Origin: Octopus bimaculoides
Taxonomy: Eukaryota
NCBI RefSeq assembly: GCF_001194135.2
Contig: NC_068983.1
Coordinates: 26,729,259 to 26,781,436, forward strand
DNA: 52,178 bases
Reading direction: 5' to 3'
The translations under genes and the position numbers were made by a program. Shown piece after piece: positions 1 to 14,399 of this stretch. The first letter of the stretch is position 1; the number at the start of each line of letters is the position of its first letter. A model generated the notes under the pieces. The model ran no database searches. It saw only the letters and a list, made by a program, of their open reading frames with translations, and had not been told where the DNA came from.

Positions 1-140
1 TATGTATATATATATATATGTACATATATATATGTATATATATATGTATATATATACATATACATGCGTGTGTGTGCGTGTAAGCATGTATCTATCTATA
101 AACTTTTATACGCGTAAGTATATTTTTGTGTGTATGTATT
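1..140. repeat. (AT)n/(GT)n-rich microsatellite tract
   Basis: Direct TA/TATG/TG iterations at the window start. Confidence 0.9.
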
Positions 141-453
141 TATATATGTCGTCATAGTCGTATGTGTATTAATCTTTCGCTTCATGTATTGATGATGCAA
201 TATTCTCCACCCACGTAAGGAACGATAATATAACCACTTCATGCGTCTTACTTGCAAAATTATACAATTTTATTTATAACCATTCAATTTTATTCATCTT
301 ATTCCATTTATGTTGTTATATTTTGCTACCTAACAACCTTGATCGTGAACACTTGTGATCCAATGCACAGCAGCCGCAACTGTGTTTTTTTTTTTATTTA
401 CCCAAACCTACTCTAATATACCCTTATATGTGTTTTTTATGAAATATTTAGAC

Positions 454-528
454 GTGATTTTTATGAGATTGCTTTACTTCTTCTAGCAACTAGAGCGACC
501 GCATTAAAGCTCTTTCTCGTTAACTCAG
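454..528 (+). repeat. Short dispersed repeat fragment, with a second copy at 34729-34781
   Basis: GTGATTTTTATGAGATT..TTCTAGCAACTAGAGCGACCGCAT aligns by eye with GTGATTTTAAGGAGATTT..TTCTAGCCAGTCGATGGACTACAT at 34729. Confidence 0.45.
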
Positions 529-1124
529 GTGGCGAATATCATGTGACCTTATTTGTCGTTCTATTAATAATACCGACAGTTGCTAGAGAAACTACCAGCA
601 TTGTTGTGCAAGTGATGGGAACACCACTGAGATAGTGCTGTCAGTGGCTGGATGTTTATTGCTATGATGAAAATATTACAACTGTATTACACAACAACGA
701 AAGACGCTGTAGGCCACTACTATATGCAATGACATTTACAGTAGTCGTTTAATAGATTCAGAAAATCCAGAAAACTTTGCTAAATACGAATAAAAGAAAC
801 AAATTTTGTCGGTGCACCACGAAAGAAGACAGCAATAATAAAAGGAGCATGACGATAAAAGTATATATTTCTTATTTCGTAAAAACACAAACACACACAA
901 ACACATACACAGAGAGAGTGAAAGAGAGAGTGAGAGAAAGAGCGAGAAAGACAGAGACAGACAGACAGAAATTGTCTGAACTGTATGTTCAAAGTGAGCG
1001 TTTGTTTTATTTTCGGATCTAATCACAGGCATACCAACTATAGCAACGTCGAAATCAACAACATCAACAAATAAGAAGAAAAATTAAAACTAATAATAAG
1101 ATAAAACATAGAAATAATAGTAAC

Positions 1125-1145
1125 GATGAAGATGATGATGATGAA

Positions 1146-1198
<53 letters not shown>

Positions 1199-1320
1199 CG
1201 ATGATGATGATGATGATGATGATAATGATCATGACAATAAAAACTGTAGCAAACACAACAGCAACAAAACCAACGACAACAGCAATAATAATAATAATTT
1301 TAATAATAATAATAGTAATC
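1125..1320. repeat. Compound trinucleotide microsatellite (GAT)n..(AAC/AAT)n
   Basis: Direct repeat array; it produces the poly-M and poly-I ORFs in the track. Confidence 0.95.
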
Positions 1321-1589
1321 GTGATATTCTTGGGGATAATATTAAAAATAATAAAAATCAAAATTATGAACGACAGAACAACAGAAATGCCTAGAGCAAG
1401 ATTAATTGCAACTATACAAATAATAATCTAGATATAATAACTAATGGCAGTAGATTATTGAATAAACAAGATACCATAACAACTGCCTGGATTATTTAAG
1501 AAAATAAGAAAAAAGAATTAGCTTCAAGTTTTGTTAGAAGAGCAGTATTAGTAGAGTTCACATATATCAGACATATGCAAACCTAAAAT

Positions 1590-2282
<693 letters not shown>

Positions 2283-4881
2283 CATAAAGAGAAACGGAGA
2301 CAGAGAGATTTACACACGCCCTTTCTTATACACACAGAGTTTTTCTAACCCTCTCAGTACCTATAACTGTTTTGTGCACAGTAATTTAATATATGTTAAA
2401 GATAAGAAATATCATAAATTTACTTAAACAATAACTAAATTTAATAAGAAAATGAAAACGGGAGAGTACTGAAATGAAAATTATACGATATGAGATGCAT
2501 TCATTTTTCGGTACATGAAGAATCGATAAAAAACCTTGCTGCGAGATTGCTACACGGATATGTAAATTCTTCCACAAAATACATTGTATTCCAAAAATAA
2601 TCCTCTACATTTTTGAGAAACTACAATATTTGAAATTCGATGAACCAAACAGGGCAACTTTAAGTACTTGTCCTTCATTCTGGAATGGGTATTTAATTAT
2701 CCCTTGCATTTTATGGTTGATTCTTAAAAAGTTTAAAACTTTGCCTTTAAAATATGTTTAAAACTTTGCCTTTTAAATAAGTTTAAAACAAGGAGGCATT
2801 TGGTAAGGTAGTGTGTCAGCTAAAGAAAGAAGATATGATATTTATCTCTTTGATTTTTGGTGAAGCCATCTAAGAATAATAGTTAGATTGACCGAAGCAG
2901 TTATGTCTAAAATGTATCCTTGCTGTATTTGTCCCAGTTCTCTTTACTCTGATGTAAACTGCTCTCTAGGCTAGCTTTACCATTTATCCCTTCCGCTTTC
3001 GATACATAAATTACCATTCTTGTCTCTTGCCATGGGGTCAAAGCTACTGGTTGTTCTGTTTTTTTTTTCAGGAAGGCAACGGTTGTTAGGAGATCCAGAG
3101 ATGGATTGGATTTGCGTAATTCAAGAATGCTCAGAATAAGTTGCCGATTTCATGATGTATTTATGAATCCACGACTAGAAAACTTCAAAAACGAATTAGA
3201 ATAATCAGTCTTCCATTTGTATTAATTCACATATTTGTAATTATGGATCATATTGTACATGGTTGCTACAGGATATATGAATTAGAAATTTGGCTACATT
3301 GGGATTGGAACATGAACTGTAAAGAACTCATCTATATATTCTTCATTTCGTATAACATTCTATTGTCTCTTCTACTCTATTATCATAAATAAAAGAAAAA
3401 CAAGGGCTCATATTTTTCTTGAAATTTTGAATATCTAATTAGCATTGCAACACTAAGCCTAAGAGAAATGTTGTAAGTTATTTATATTAAAGCATCTGGC
3501 TGGCATATTTTTCCAACAGTACTATATTTAAAAGGCAAAGATTTTGATGTTGCAGAAGTATAGAGGTTTTGGCAAATTTTAGTAATATAACAAGCATGAC
3601 TAAATAAACGGCAAATTATCATCTTGCCCTCCACTAGAGATTAGTGTACTTTGGAATAGTGTATCCAGTGCATCTTAAGTTTTCAAATTGTTCGATGAAA
3701 TTTGATATTAAGTCACCTTCTATTGCTACTAGTTGAATCCAGCGTAAAGATTGTAATTTATTTCTTTGTAACTTCCAACGCCAAACGTTTTAGTCAATCT
3801 CACAGACGATCTACTGAATATTAATATTATTAGCTATAATGGTATAGCTTTTTTTGGTAAGCCTGTGAAACTTTAAGTGACATAGAGCCGAATCAAACTG
3901 TCTTAAAATAATAATAATGATTTTAAGTTTTGGCACTAGGCCAGTAATTAGCACGCAGGCAGTTTAGTAATCCACTGAAATTTGCGTTCGTAATGCTGTT
4001 CCCCCATTTTTCCATTTGACATATCCCACTGCCTCACATCACCATCTAATTTAGCACAACATTAAACAGAAATGCAGTGTTTTCCTTAATTTGTCATAGA
4101 GAGAATTTAAATGACTATGTCTTTTTGACGCATTTCACTGCCTGAAAGAATGTAAAATGTAAACTATAAGAAATTGCTTACTATACTATGAATCGAAGCA
4201 TCTTAATTCTGAGTGATCTCTAAAGGGTTGGTCTGGTTTAATAAAGTAACGCTCAATCATACATCCATTCTAAATATGCCAAGTCACGTGGAATGCTTAT
4301 ATATTCTAGCACACTTATTAACATGTTATTGTGTTTGCTTATTTTTTAATTTTCTCTTTCGCATTTTTTTCTCAAAGTAGAACATTCCGAATAACAATGA
4401 AATTACATTTTCTTTAAATTTCGTTTAAAATTGAATTGTTTGACATTTTTATGTCTTCACTTATACAAATTAAATCATTCTAAAACAATTCGATATGAAT
4501 AGATTTAAGAAAATAATTCCATGCCTTAAGTCATTTTCTTTCTGTATGTCACAATAATGCCATAATGATTCTTCACATGAAATTAAACAGCGTTCAATTT
4601 TTACCTCTTAATTTCATTACCGATGTACTTGAGATGATTCCGCTTTAATCCCCATTGATATCCGAGTTCACGTCTCGGCAGTAAATAAGCTTAAATGTTT
4701 AGTACAGTTGCTCTATTCATTACTAAGTGTCATTTGACTGGCATTTTGATTTTTACTTCTAATGAAAAGTAAGAATATCAAATTCTCTGTACTTTAACAG
4801 TTGTATTGGTAATAAAATTTGCGCATTTTATCTTGTGTAAATATCTTGTGTAAACCAGAGAATATATACCTGTCAACGGAG

Positions 4882-4960
4882 TATATACATACATACATAC
4901 ATACATACATACATACATACATACATACATACATACACATACATATATACATGCAAACAT
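4882..4960. repeat. (TACA)n microsatellite
   Basis: Direct tetranucleotide array. Confidence 0.95.
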
Positions 4961-6849
4961 ACGCGCACATACATATTAGTATTAGTATAGTCGATTATCT
5001 ACATCAAATATAACTTGAAATCTGTCGGCTGAATATACATTAATGCCTGCTTCTGATTTCTGAACCCAAGTACAAAGCATTATTCGCGAGTACATCCATA
5101 AAAGACCTTGTATTAATAATTTCCTTCTAATAAAACAACATATTGCGTCAAACACAATGTGATAAATGATAAAATGTGCCACAAATTTGCGGAAGAGAGA
5201 CAGAAGTGGTTTAACTAAATAAATTAGTGGCATGCTCCATTCTAACAACTAATCCCCAAATCCTACGACACGTATGATCATCATTTCATTCAAAACTCTT
5301 TTGATTAACCGAAATTTCGTCTAATTTAAAGGAGAAAATGCAAAAGTTTATTGAGCGTTCTTGTATGTTCCAATAGTATTAAGTCTATAAATGAATTGAA
5401 CTGAATGGACATAGGTTCAAAGAATATGAATGTGTGCGTGTGTATGAGCGAGAATATATGTGGGTGTATGTGTATAACCAGAGTCAATTATTCCTTTTGC
5501 CGGAGTGTTTCAACCTGATGTTAGCCAGGCATAACACTGGAATATATAACAACATTTGTCTTGATATTTTGGTTGCCAGTGCATAGAAGAGTTACACCGA
5601 TATAAATATTGAATGTGTGAGGTTGCAACGAAATTACTTGGCTTATTTATTTCCATGCACCCGTGCTTACAAATAGCGGCAAACTCAATAACATCAATAC
5701 TTTTGTTGGCATTCCGATTGTCTTTTGGACCGTTTTAGAAGATTTGATTATAGTAATGTTGCGTCTAACTTACCTAGTCATATAGAATAAGCAAAACGCT
5801 GAAACGCGATCTCAGACAATTAGCAGTGCTATATTTCTATATTTTTTTTTTTTATTTTGTCTTCCTTCAATTCTAGGTCCAAAATATTTGAGAAGACGTA
5901 TGTTATGCTTTATATTGTTTGAATATCGTTAAAATAAATACGAACAATGAGTCGTGTTGCTTTTTTAGGGCGAAAAGTAGGACCTACAAAAACTGCTGTG
6001 TGAAGGAAACATACATTTAACTCGTATCGCATGTTTACCTTTGTGGGGGGGTCATATTGCGACAATGAGTTGCTATTGAGCCGATGCTTTTACGTGATTT
6101 TTATTCCTAGTTGAATGCATTTAGAAATGTGCGCCGGAAATATTTATAAAACTCCATTTACCTAAAACGAACAAGTACTACCGGCACACAAAGTGAAAAA
6201 GAAGGAAGAGAAGAATACAAGAGCGTTCTTTCTTCAGTTGGACATGAGATAGGAAAAAAAATCTAATAAATGTTGTATGAAGTTTCTTACCATAAATATT
6301 CGAAGAAAATCTTTAACTGTACAGTTTCTGAATCTGTAAATAACGATCATTACATCATGGTAAAAGAAATCTTCCGCGACATTTGAAGGCAGCATGATCA
6401 GTAAAGCTCCACAGTTGCAATATTTATTTTCTTTGATCTTAGTTATAAGTAAAAATTCGGATGGGTTATCGATTTTTCTTTACCTATTTCTGAAGTTGAT
6501 GTGATTACTATATATTAGCTGAGGCCAATTCAATTGATTGAAGCACACCCTTAAAAAATTTCGTTACTTCACAATACTGGAGATTCAACTCAAACTGCAG
6601 TATTTAGTTTTATACCTCACAATTTCTTCTCAAATTTTCGTTTAATATACATTGAACTTTGCGCTTTTAATGTCACTGAAATAAGAGCCATTATTATACA
6701 AGTGCCAAGTAAATTAATTATGGTTCTCCTCTACAATAATTATCTTTATAACTAATAAAATTGATGTTATCTGTCTATCGCAACATGTGTGTATCTATTA
6801 CAAATTATTGAGCAGCAATCCGTTCCTTATTAAAAATTACAACAACAGC

Positions 6850-6886
<37 letters not shown>

Positions 6887-6887
6887 G

Positions 6888-7069
6888 TTTTACGTTTTAG
6901 CACAAGGCCTGGATTTATTTTGGTGGGGGTGTAAATCGATTACATCGACCTAGTGTTCAACTAGTACTTGTTTTATCGACAACGAAAGGATGAAAAGCGA
7001 AGCGAATTTGGAACACAGAACGTAAAGACGAACGATGTACCGCTAAGCATTTTGTCAGGCGTGCTAACG
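6888..7069 (-). mobile_element. tRNA-derived SINE family A (CORE-like centre), near full length, with (AAT)n tail at 6850-6887
   Basis: The reverse complement matches the family A copies at 24051 and 24798 (TCGTTAGCACGCC..AAAATGCTTAGCGG..TTTACGTTCTG..GTCGATAAAA..GTCGATGTAATCGA..CCTTGTGCC). Confidence 0.85.
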
Positions 7070-7071
7070 AG

Positions 7072-7165
7072 GGGAAAATGCTTAACAGCATTTCGTCCGT
7101 CTTTATGTTCTGAGTTCAAATTCTGGCGAGGACGACTTTTCCTTTCCATCCCCTCATGGCCGATA
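7072..7165 (+). mobile_element. SINE family A fragment, head-to-head with the preceding copy
   Basis: AAAATGCTTAACAGCATTTCGTCCGTCTTTATGTTCTGAGTTCAAATTC, which includes the B-box-like GTTCAAAT. Confidence 0.85.
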
Positions 7166-7776
7166 GTAGAAGGTATTATTATACGTGATAGATTAAATTT
7201 GCTTTCATATTGTAGGTGGCAGATTCAGCCTAATAGAAGGTTTTACTTGTTAGCATTATTCACCGACTATATGTTTATGTCTATATTGTACTATATGACG
7301 CCGTATCAACATTTCTCATATTGGATTCACATTTTCGAACGAAGCCAGCAATTTCGGGAACGGAGAGACGATATGTATTTGTTAGATTAACATATGTACG
7401 TATATAGACATATACGTACTCTGATCTACATGCTGGTATGTATGTATAAATGCACACACACGCGCGCACAAAAGCATATATACATATATATGTACACAGT
7501 AATTATAACGATATGGAATATAGGAATTTGTAAATCCTCAAAATTTATTTCCTTTTATATCGCTATAATTATCGCTAATATACACTCCAGGTAATAGTAC
7601 CATCCTGGGACGTGGAAGCGTACACACAATTACCTATCTCAGGAATTTACAGCGTGATTGAGTATTCTTTGTAGCCATATATGTTAGATACTAATCCATG
7701 CCGTTAACCGTGGCATGAAACATAACTGAAAGCCACCACGGTATGCACTTGGATAAAATATCCCTCTAAACTCACG

Positions 7777-7777
<1 letters not shown>

Positions 7778-7871
<94 letters not shown>

Positions 7872-7890
7872 TGTGTCTGTGTATGTATGT
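7778..7890. repeat. (AT)n(GT)n compound microsatellite
   Basis: Direct array. Confidence 0.95.
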
Positions 7891-7989
7891 ATTGTATGCC
7901 TGTGTACATATATGAATGTATATAAGCAAATATTTGTACATATGTTTATATGGTTAAGTTAGGCAAGTCCCAGCTCGGCGAGCAATCCG

Positions 7990-8155
7990 ACATTATCCTC
8001 GATCAGAAAGGTATTCCGTTGCAGAGTTACCCGTTCACAATTGATTGGACAGGAGCAACATGAAGTGAAGTCTTTTGATGAAGAACACAACTCGCCATTA
8101 GTTCCAGGAATTGAACACACGATGGAACAATCATGCGGGCAGTTGGCCACGCAAT
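7990..8155 (-). mobile_element. tRNA-derived SINE family C fragment
   Basis: The reverse complement has a B-box-like GTTCAATTCC followed by GTTGTGTTCTT..AAAGACTTCACTTCATGTTGCTCC, resembling conserved V/Meta-type SINE central domains as recalled. It explains the Cys-rich ORF at 7959-8150. Confidence 0.6.
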
Positions 8156-9268
8156 GTGTGTGCGTATAATTCTGGTTGAATATAGAAGTAGTGCAGTTGT
8201 GTTTTCCAAGGTTCTAAACATTTAAATGGTACGGAGTTATATAAATTTCAACACAATTTCAGATCTCAATACCATTAATTCATGATTACACGAACTGCCT
8301 TCCTTTGCAACGTTTTCCGTCAACAAATTAATTCTAGAATGAGAAAGAGCATTTTGGGAAATCATAAAATGTAAACATCTGTTCAGTTAATTAGATGATT
8401 CATGGAGAGTTTTGAATCATTTGAAGAATTTAATTTAATGTGTTTAGTAATGCAAAATTAAGAATTCACTTAACATGGAAACGTGATTTTCGTGCTTTTT
8501 TAAAAAAAGCAGTTCATTATATTCTTCCAGTGAATTGTATTTTGCTCGTAATTTCGTTCACTATACCAACGGTTGCTAGCTCAATCAGTCTTTATTGTGT
8601 CATCGTGCTCTTCCATGAACACTGGAGCCGTCGCTGATGAAAAATCTTTCAAATTATTATAACAGAACGAGCAATATGGAAAATGATAACAATGGAAAAA
8701 ATAATTATTTAACTTGAATATTTGTATTGTTTAGAAATTGATGTACCTCCAAAACCTCACACATGTATTCTGAGAAATAATCTTGTTATTTTGCGTTAAT
8801 ATTTTACCTAAGTCTTATCATAACATTTTTTTCTATACTGTCAGAATACAAAATATTGTCGTAATTGTTTTAAAATGTCAACCTTTATCGAATGAACCAT
8901 AACTAATGAAACATCTCACTAGGATTTAGATGGAGACGTATAAGAGCAATAAGTAAAATATTTGAAACTTTATATTCTAACTCCTCATTATTTTCAGTTG
9001 CAATAAGTATTGTCTCTTCCAGTTTTATGCATGTTGTGAACCGAACTTGTTGTTTTTCACTCAATTTCATGCGGGTGACTATTTCCCATGTAGCGTGCCT
9101 AGCGATTTCGAGAGCAAGATCAGATAAGAGACCTTGACAGACACCGTACCATCTCTTGCTCAGTAGCCCTGATCACTTGTACTGATCTGCTTGAAAACCG
9201 CTATATTCCTTACTCTACTTTACAAAAGCAGATTGTGCCGTAATTCCTCAAAGCACGAATTTCACAAA

Positions 9269-9490
9269 CAGTATCCTACCTGCGGTCACGACACGCGTTC
9301 ATTTATGACCAGTAATACCATCCACATGAACTAATATATGACGATATTTTCTAATCGGTCTCTACAATGAATACTAATAAAGTGCACAGATTAAACCACA
9401 AAAGTGGTAGGCGAAGGATTGGCCTAAAACAAACTACAAATAATAATCTCTAATCGCCCGCTGACAAAACGTTCTGTACACGCGCAAAAT
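9269..9490 (+). repeat. Left arm of a ~222-bp inverted repeat
   Basis: Aligns to the reverse complement of 10400-10621 at roughly 85-90% identity by eye, from CAGTATCC to CAAAAT. Confidence 0.95.
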
Positions 9491-10065
9491 GAAATCGAAT
9501 CTATATTTACAGATATTCGACGAACAGTAGTAATACGAAGAATGCGGCCACAATGCACGAACAGGAACTGTGTTGATAGGTGCATTCAAAACAACTTTTA
9601 TAAAGTGAACCAAAATGCCTGTATCTGAGTTTCAATTCATGTATGTACATATATATACATATGAGTGTGTGTATGCGTGTGTAAGTGAGTTTGTGTGCGC
9701 GTATGTGCAAATGTATGTGTGAGTGTGTAAATGGGTGGTTTCGTGTACACGTGCAAACAGATGGAAAGGTGATCAGTTTTATCGATGTTATTACACTTTC
9801 ACTCTAAAAATAGATCTATATTCTAAAAATGTGTGGAAAGTATATATATCTCCAGGAAACCAATTCAAACACCTTAGAGTGCGAATCTGCAGGTAGCAAG
9901 AAAGAAAATCAGGCAAAAATGGCAACGCATATCATAAGTAAATAATAAATAAAAAAAAAAAACATGTGCTCTCACACATCAACTTACATTCATTAAGACG
10001 CATACACCACAAGCAATGTTCTTGTTTATGATAGACATGTTGCCTCTCTCTCTCTCTTCCCTCTG

Positions 10066-10283
10066 ATATTGGCTTCAAATTTTGGCACAAGACCAGTAAT
10101 TTCGGACGAGGGGGGTAATCGATGACATCGATCCCAGCATTCAATTGCTCCTTATTTTATCGACCGCGAAATGATCAAAGGTAAAGGCGACATGAGCGTA
10201 ATTAGAACTCAGAATGTATAGACGGACGAAATGCCATTAAGCATTTTGTCCGGCGGGATAGCAATTCTGCCAGCACACCGGCC
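10066..10283 (-). mobile_element. SINE family A, full length
   Basis: The reverse complement runs from the GGCCGGTGTGCTGGCAGAATTGC head to the CTTGTGCCAAAATTTGAAGCCAATAT tail. Confidence 0.85.
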
Positions 10284-10300
10284 TATATTGATAATGAAAT

Positions 10301-10349
10301 CCGCTAACCATTTTTTCCGGCATGCTAATGATTCTGTGAGCCCGCCGTT
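10301..10349 (-). mobile_element. SINE family A head fragment
   Basis: CCGCTAACCATTTTTTCCGGCATGCTAATGATTCTGTGAGCCCGCC is the reverse complement of the family A head. Confidence 0.7.
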
Positions 10350-10375
10350 TTGTGCCAACACCTGAAACCAATATT

Positions 10376-10735
10376 TTGCCGGAGGAAATGCTTAGCGGTA
10401 TTTTGAGCTTGTACATAACATTTTGTCAGTGGGGAATTAGAGAGTATTACTTGTAATTTGTTTTAGGCCAATCCTTCGCCTACCACTTTTGTGGTTTAAT
10501 CTGTCCACTTTAACAGTATTCATTGTAGAGACCAATTAGAAAACATCGTCATATATTAGATTATGTGGATGGGATTACTGGTCATAAATGAACGTGTGTC
10601 GTGACCTCAGACAGGATACTGACATCCAATTCCATCGAGATTCATTTGCATTTTATTTTCTCACGGTCGATAAATTATGTACCAGTTGAACATTGGGTTT
10701 AATGTAATCGACATACCCCTTCCCCCCAAAATTGA
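10376..10735 (+). mobile_element. SINE family A copy split by the 222-bp insert (5' part 10376-10399, 3' part 10622-10735)
   Basis: GCCGGAGGAAATGCTTAGCGGTATTTTG precedes the insert, and CAATTCCATCGAG..GGTCGATAAATTATGTACCAGTTGAACATTGGG..GTAATCGAC..CCCCCAAAATT follows it. Confidence 0.75.
10400..10621 (-). repeat. Right arm of the ~222-bp inverted repeat
   Basis: Reverse complement of 9269-9490. Confidence 0.95.
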
Positions 10736-11284
10736 GACCAGTATTACGCAACTATTAACCACATAACTACGTCATCAAGAGCATGCAAGGACTTGTGCAA
10801 TGAACTTATGATGATAATACCACTCTTCGTATAAAATACAAAACCACATCTATGAACACATTGCTGTTAGAAAAACATTGACGCATTTCAACACTCCATA
10901 AATTCATACACGCACATACACCCTCAAATACGTACACACGTAAGTGTCATATTTCTCATAACACAATGACGTCACCGACCAGCAAGAATATTAATACACA
11001 TCAAACTAACTACACAATATCACATACATTTTGCACCGAAACACACAACTCATGAATTTACATAAAACTGATATATACCATCATACAAACTGTGACATTC
11101 CCACACAAACATACGTCGCTCAACTAATTCACGTGTTCACAGAATAATTTTCTGCATCAAGTCACTCATGGAGAATCATGTACACGAAAATATTTTACAA
11201 ACAGATTCACTTAAAATATGATATTTGTATGATATGTATCTTTCTCATTTTAGCAAAATTAGCGCAGGATATCTCCTGCAGTGG

Positions 11285-12136
11285 ATTTTGGTAAAATTGA
11301 AGCACGAGCGGTCTTATATGTTCTCGTCTCGCAAGAGAACGGCCGAAATCCATGCCCAGATGAAGGAAGTCTGGAACGATGGCTGCCCATCCTACTCCAC
11401 TGTAAAAACCTGGGTGTCAAGGTTTCGGAGTGGTCGCTCTGAGGTCACAGATGAACCCAGGGCAGAACGGCCAACTTACGCGGCCAAAGTCGGCAAAGCA
11501 GATGCTGTGCACGTTATGATTTCCCCATAGCAGAGATTCTGGTGATTTCCTGAGAAAGAGTAGACCACATCATCCACAACATTCTGGACATGAGAAATAT
11601 TTCCGCAAATTTAATGCCAAAATGCCTGAACGCAGATCAGAAGTGCATCAAAGGGACGACATCAAAGGCGATTTTGGAGCAGTTTACTGCGAGAAAGGCT
11701 GATTTTGTGGCTTGTTTATTTACTTTGCATGAAACTTTGAAGAAGAAAGCTGAGTCGTGGTTCCTTGCTTTTGCAGGACAATGAACCAGCGAACACATCA
11801 CATGAAACTTCTCGGAAAATACGCGACTTTGACTTCGAATTGGCAGACCATCCATCCTACTCTCCTGACTCCATTCCCTCTGAACATTACCTTTACACCT
11901 GAAGAATCATCTCGAGAGAACGAAATTTCACTCCGATTCGGAAGTGATCGCTGCTGCAGAGGCCTGGTTGGAGGCCCAAAATTCCAAGTTCATTTTACAA
12001 GGCTTAGAGAAATTGAAGGACTTCAGCAATAAATGTGTGAATCTGAGAGGGGAATATCTTGAATAAAATCATGATTAACTGATCTTCCTGCATTTACTGT
12101 TACTCAGAGCCAGGAAATTTTCAGTACTAGCTCGTA
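11285..12136 (+). mobile_element. Decayed mariner (Tc1/mariner) transposon: 5'-truncated, internally deleted transposase with the right TIR
   Basis: Translated fragments include AEIHAQMKEVWNDGCPSYSTVKTWVSRFRSGRSEVTDEPR (HTH), LMPKCLNADQK (WVPxxL-like), DHPSYSPDSIPSE (HPxYSPDLAPSD motif) and the C-terminus GLEKLKDFSNKCVNLRGEYLE*. It ends GCCAGGAAATTTTCAGTACTAGCTCGTA with a terminal TA. Confidence 0.92.
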
Positions 12137-14397
12137 CAGACATATTTCACATTTGCACACGTGCACACACACACACACACATACACACGTTCAAATGCAC
12201 CCACGCGCATAAACAAGTACATGTAAATGATATGCACAAACATATAAGAAATAAACACAGAAACGGTTTACCACATTCCTCATACACTCATATATAGAAG
12301 CAGGCACAAACAAGCACGCAAGACGGACACTGATCCGTTCATTTACTTTACTGTTTCAAAGCATAACAATACGCTCACTATTAAAATGCTGCTTGGTCAA
12401 TAACCAGAATGATAACAAATGCACGGACATTTTCACGTACATTGCACTTATAAAGTTCGTTATTTCTCTTCGGTTTCATCTCCCAGATTGCGACCTCTTT
12501 CAACAGTGTGAAAAAAATTAATCATCCGATATATAGCAATTTCCATTTTTGCATACAGCGACGTAATTTTACTGATTCTAAACGTATTCATGTAATTAAG
12601 TGTTTTTATATTTTGGATGTTGTTTATTTTCCTTCGCTAAATAAATAGTATACGCATTGATACTTAAACCTATAAACGTACACACACTTAAATACATGCA
12701 TATAAATTTCTATCTACACACAGGCACACACATGCAGAATGTATACCGAAGAAATTCTAGAAATCCAGCAAGCTTGTACTCTTAATACAGAGAAACAAAC
12801 GACAACTATAAATCTTGGCCAAAAATGTACCTACACCATAGCAAACAAATTTTAATTGGTTGAATTCAGCTTCAGTCTAAGTCATTGAGTATGAACTCAA
12901 TTACACATTCACAGAACGGTGTCAAATAACAAACAAACTTTTCCCTTCCAATTTAAACACACTACCAACATGCGGCACAAAGGCATCGTAGTCTTCTCTT
13001 GAATCTTTTCTCTTCATTGACATCCGATCCGCCATACGTTTATAATACAACTACTTGTTGTTCTGAACATTTTGTTCGTTCAGCTTATAGTGAATATTAT
13101 CAATCCGGCTCGTCTACTCCTCACAGAATCTACTCTTTTTAACGGAAACGATAACTATCCAAAAAATATTTTCGAAACATATTAAAGAAACATATAAACT
13201 ATATTGGAAAATTAAATTTCTAATTTGAGAAAATGTAAATTATTTCAAAGTCTTGAAATCAATGAGTAACGGACGAATAATGTAGATATGCCGCGTAGAT
13301 TTAATGCAGGAGGCCAGTCAGGAAACAATAATGAAAATATGATTTTTACGTAAAAGGTCTGACCACATTTATATTCTCGAAAAAGTATTTTAAATACTTT
13401 GTGCGTCACTTCATAGATTAGATGATTTAGACGGCAAATATTTTCATTTTTTAATGCTTTCGTTTAAAATCTTCCGACAGCGTTTAGCATCTCACTTGCG
13501 CCTTTTTTTTTCTCTCTCTTTTCAGAAATTAGACGGAGAGCGACAGTAAAAATTTCCGAATAATGTCAGTCAACTGGCGTGAAAAAACTAAAAGACAATT
13601 AGTCAGTACCAGAAGCATTTTTAATATTTTACATTCTTTAAACTATGTTCAAATTGTTAAATTCCTTGATATCAAATGCAAATTTTGATTCTTATCATTT
13701 CATTTTAAATACAATAATTTTTTCACATAATAAATTTGACAATGGTACATATTTAATGTACAATTCCGTTAATTTCATTTAATTTAATATATGTTCATAT
13801 TTCACGAAACACTTGATAGCTATTTCGTAATTTGTGATAACGAATTATACAATAATGAATGATTATTTTACTTTCATAGCAAATACATTTAAAAAAATGG
13901 CCATTAAATTTATTAACAAATATTTCTATGCCTGAAACATAGTTTTAGTGATCATTCTTAATTCTGACAACTTTTGCTGAACATGTGATTTCCTACTTGC
14001 CTGATATGATCGCTTATTCCAATATTAGATTTGTATTATTATTGTATTATAAGATTCATCTCATATAGATCGTTTACGGAATTTATTTCCGTCGATTGAT
14101 ATTAGTATAGTGACACTTCCGTAAATTGCTCAGTCATTTTTAAACAAGCTTTTATCCCAATAATGTTTTAAATCAGCCAAATTTCGATTATTATGTCTGA
14201 AAATTAAGCTAAGGACTGGTTATTTTCAATTAGCGTAACGAGAAAATGAGAAAGTAAATGTTTATCGGGAAATTTTTTTATGCTTTCTGCTTTGAATTCT
14301 TTTTGTGCCATAGCCATTTTATCCCCAACTGCACAAAACTTGGCGCAGTTTTCAGTATTGAATTCCTCTCATTTCGATGTTTTAAAGTTGCTTAATT

Positions 14398-14399
14398 AA

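Noticed and set aside
3781-3820. Possible degenerate hammerhead on the minus strand (CAGTAGA..GTC..GAC..AAAACGTTT)
   Set aside because: There are several substitutions in both core boxes and no convincing stem I.
7959-8150. Cys-rich 63-aa ORF that looks like a toxin or metallothionein-like peptide
   Set aside because: It lies on a family C SINE (B-box and conserved central domain), so the cysteines are incidental.
12930-13040. Minus-strand 37-aa ORF MADRMSMKRKDSREDYDAFVPHV..
   Set aside because: It is short, has no recognisable homology and has a weak donor, so it is unsupported.
13500-13700. Strong plus-strand splice acceptor (T9CTCTCTCTTTTCAG) at ~13525
   Set aside because: All frames stop shortly downstream and there is no matching donor, so it cannot be distinguished from chance in AT-rich DNA.
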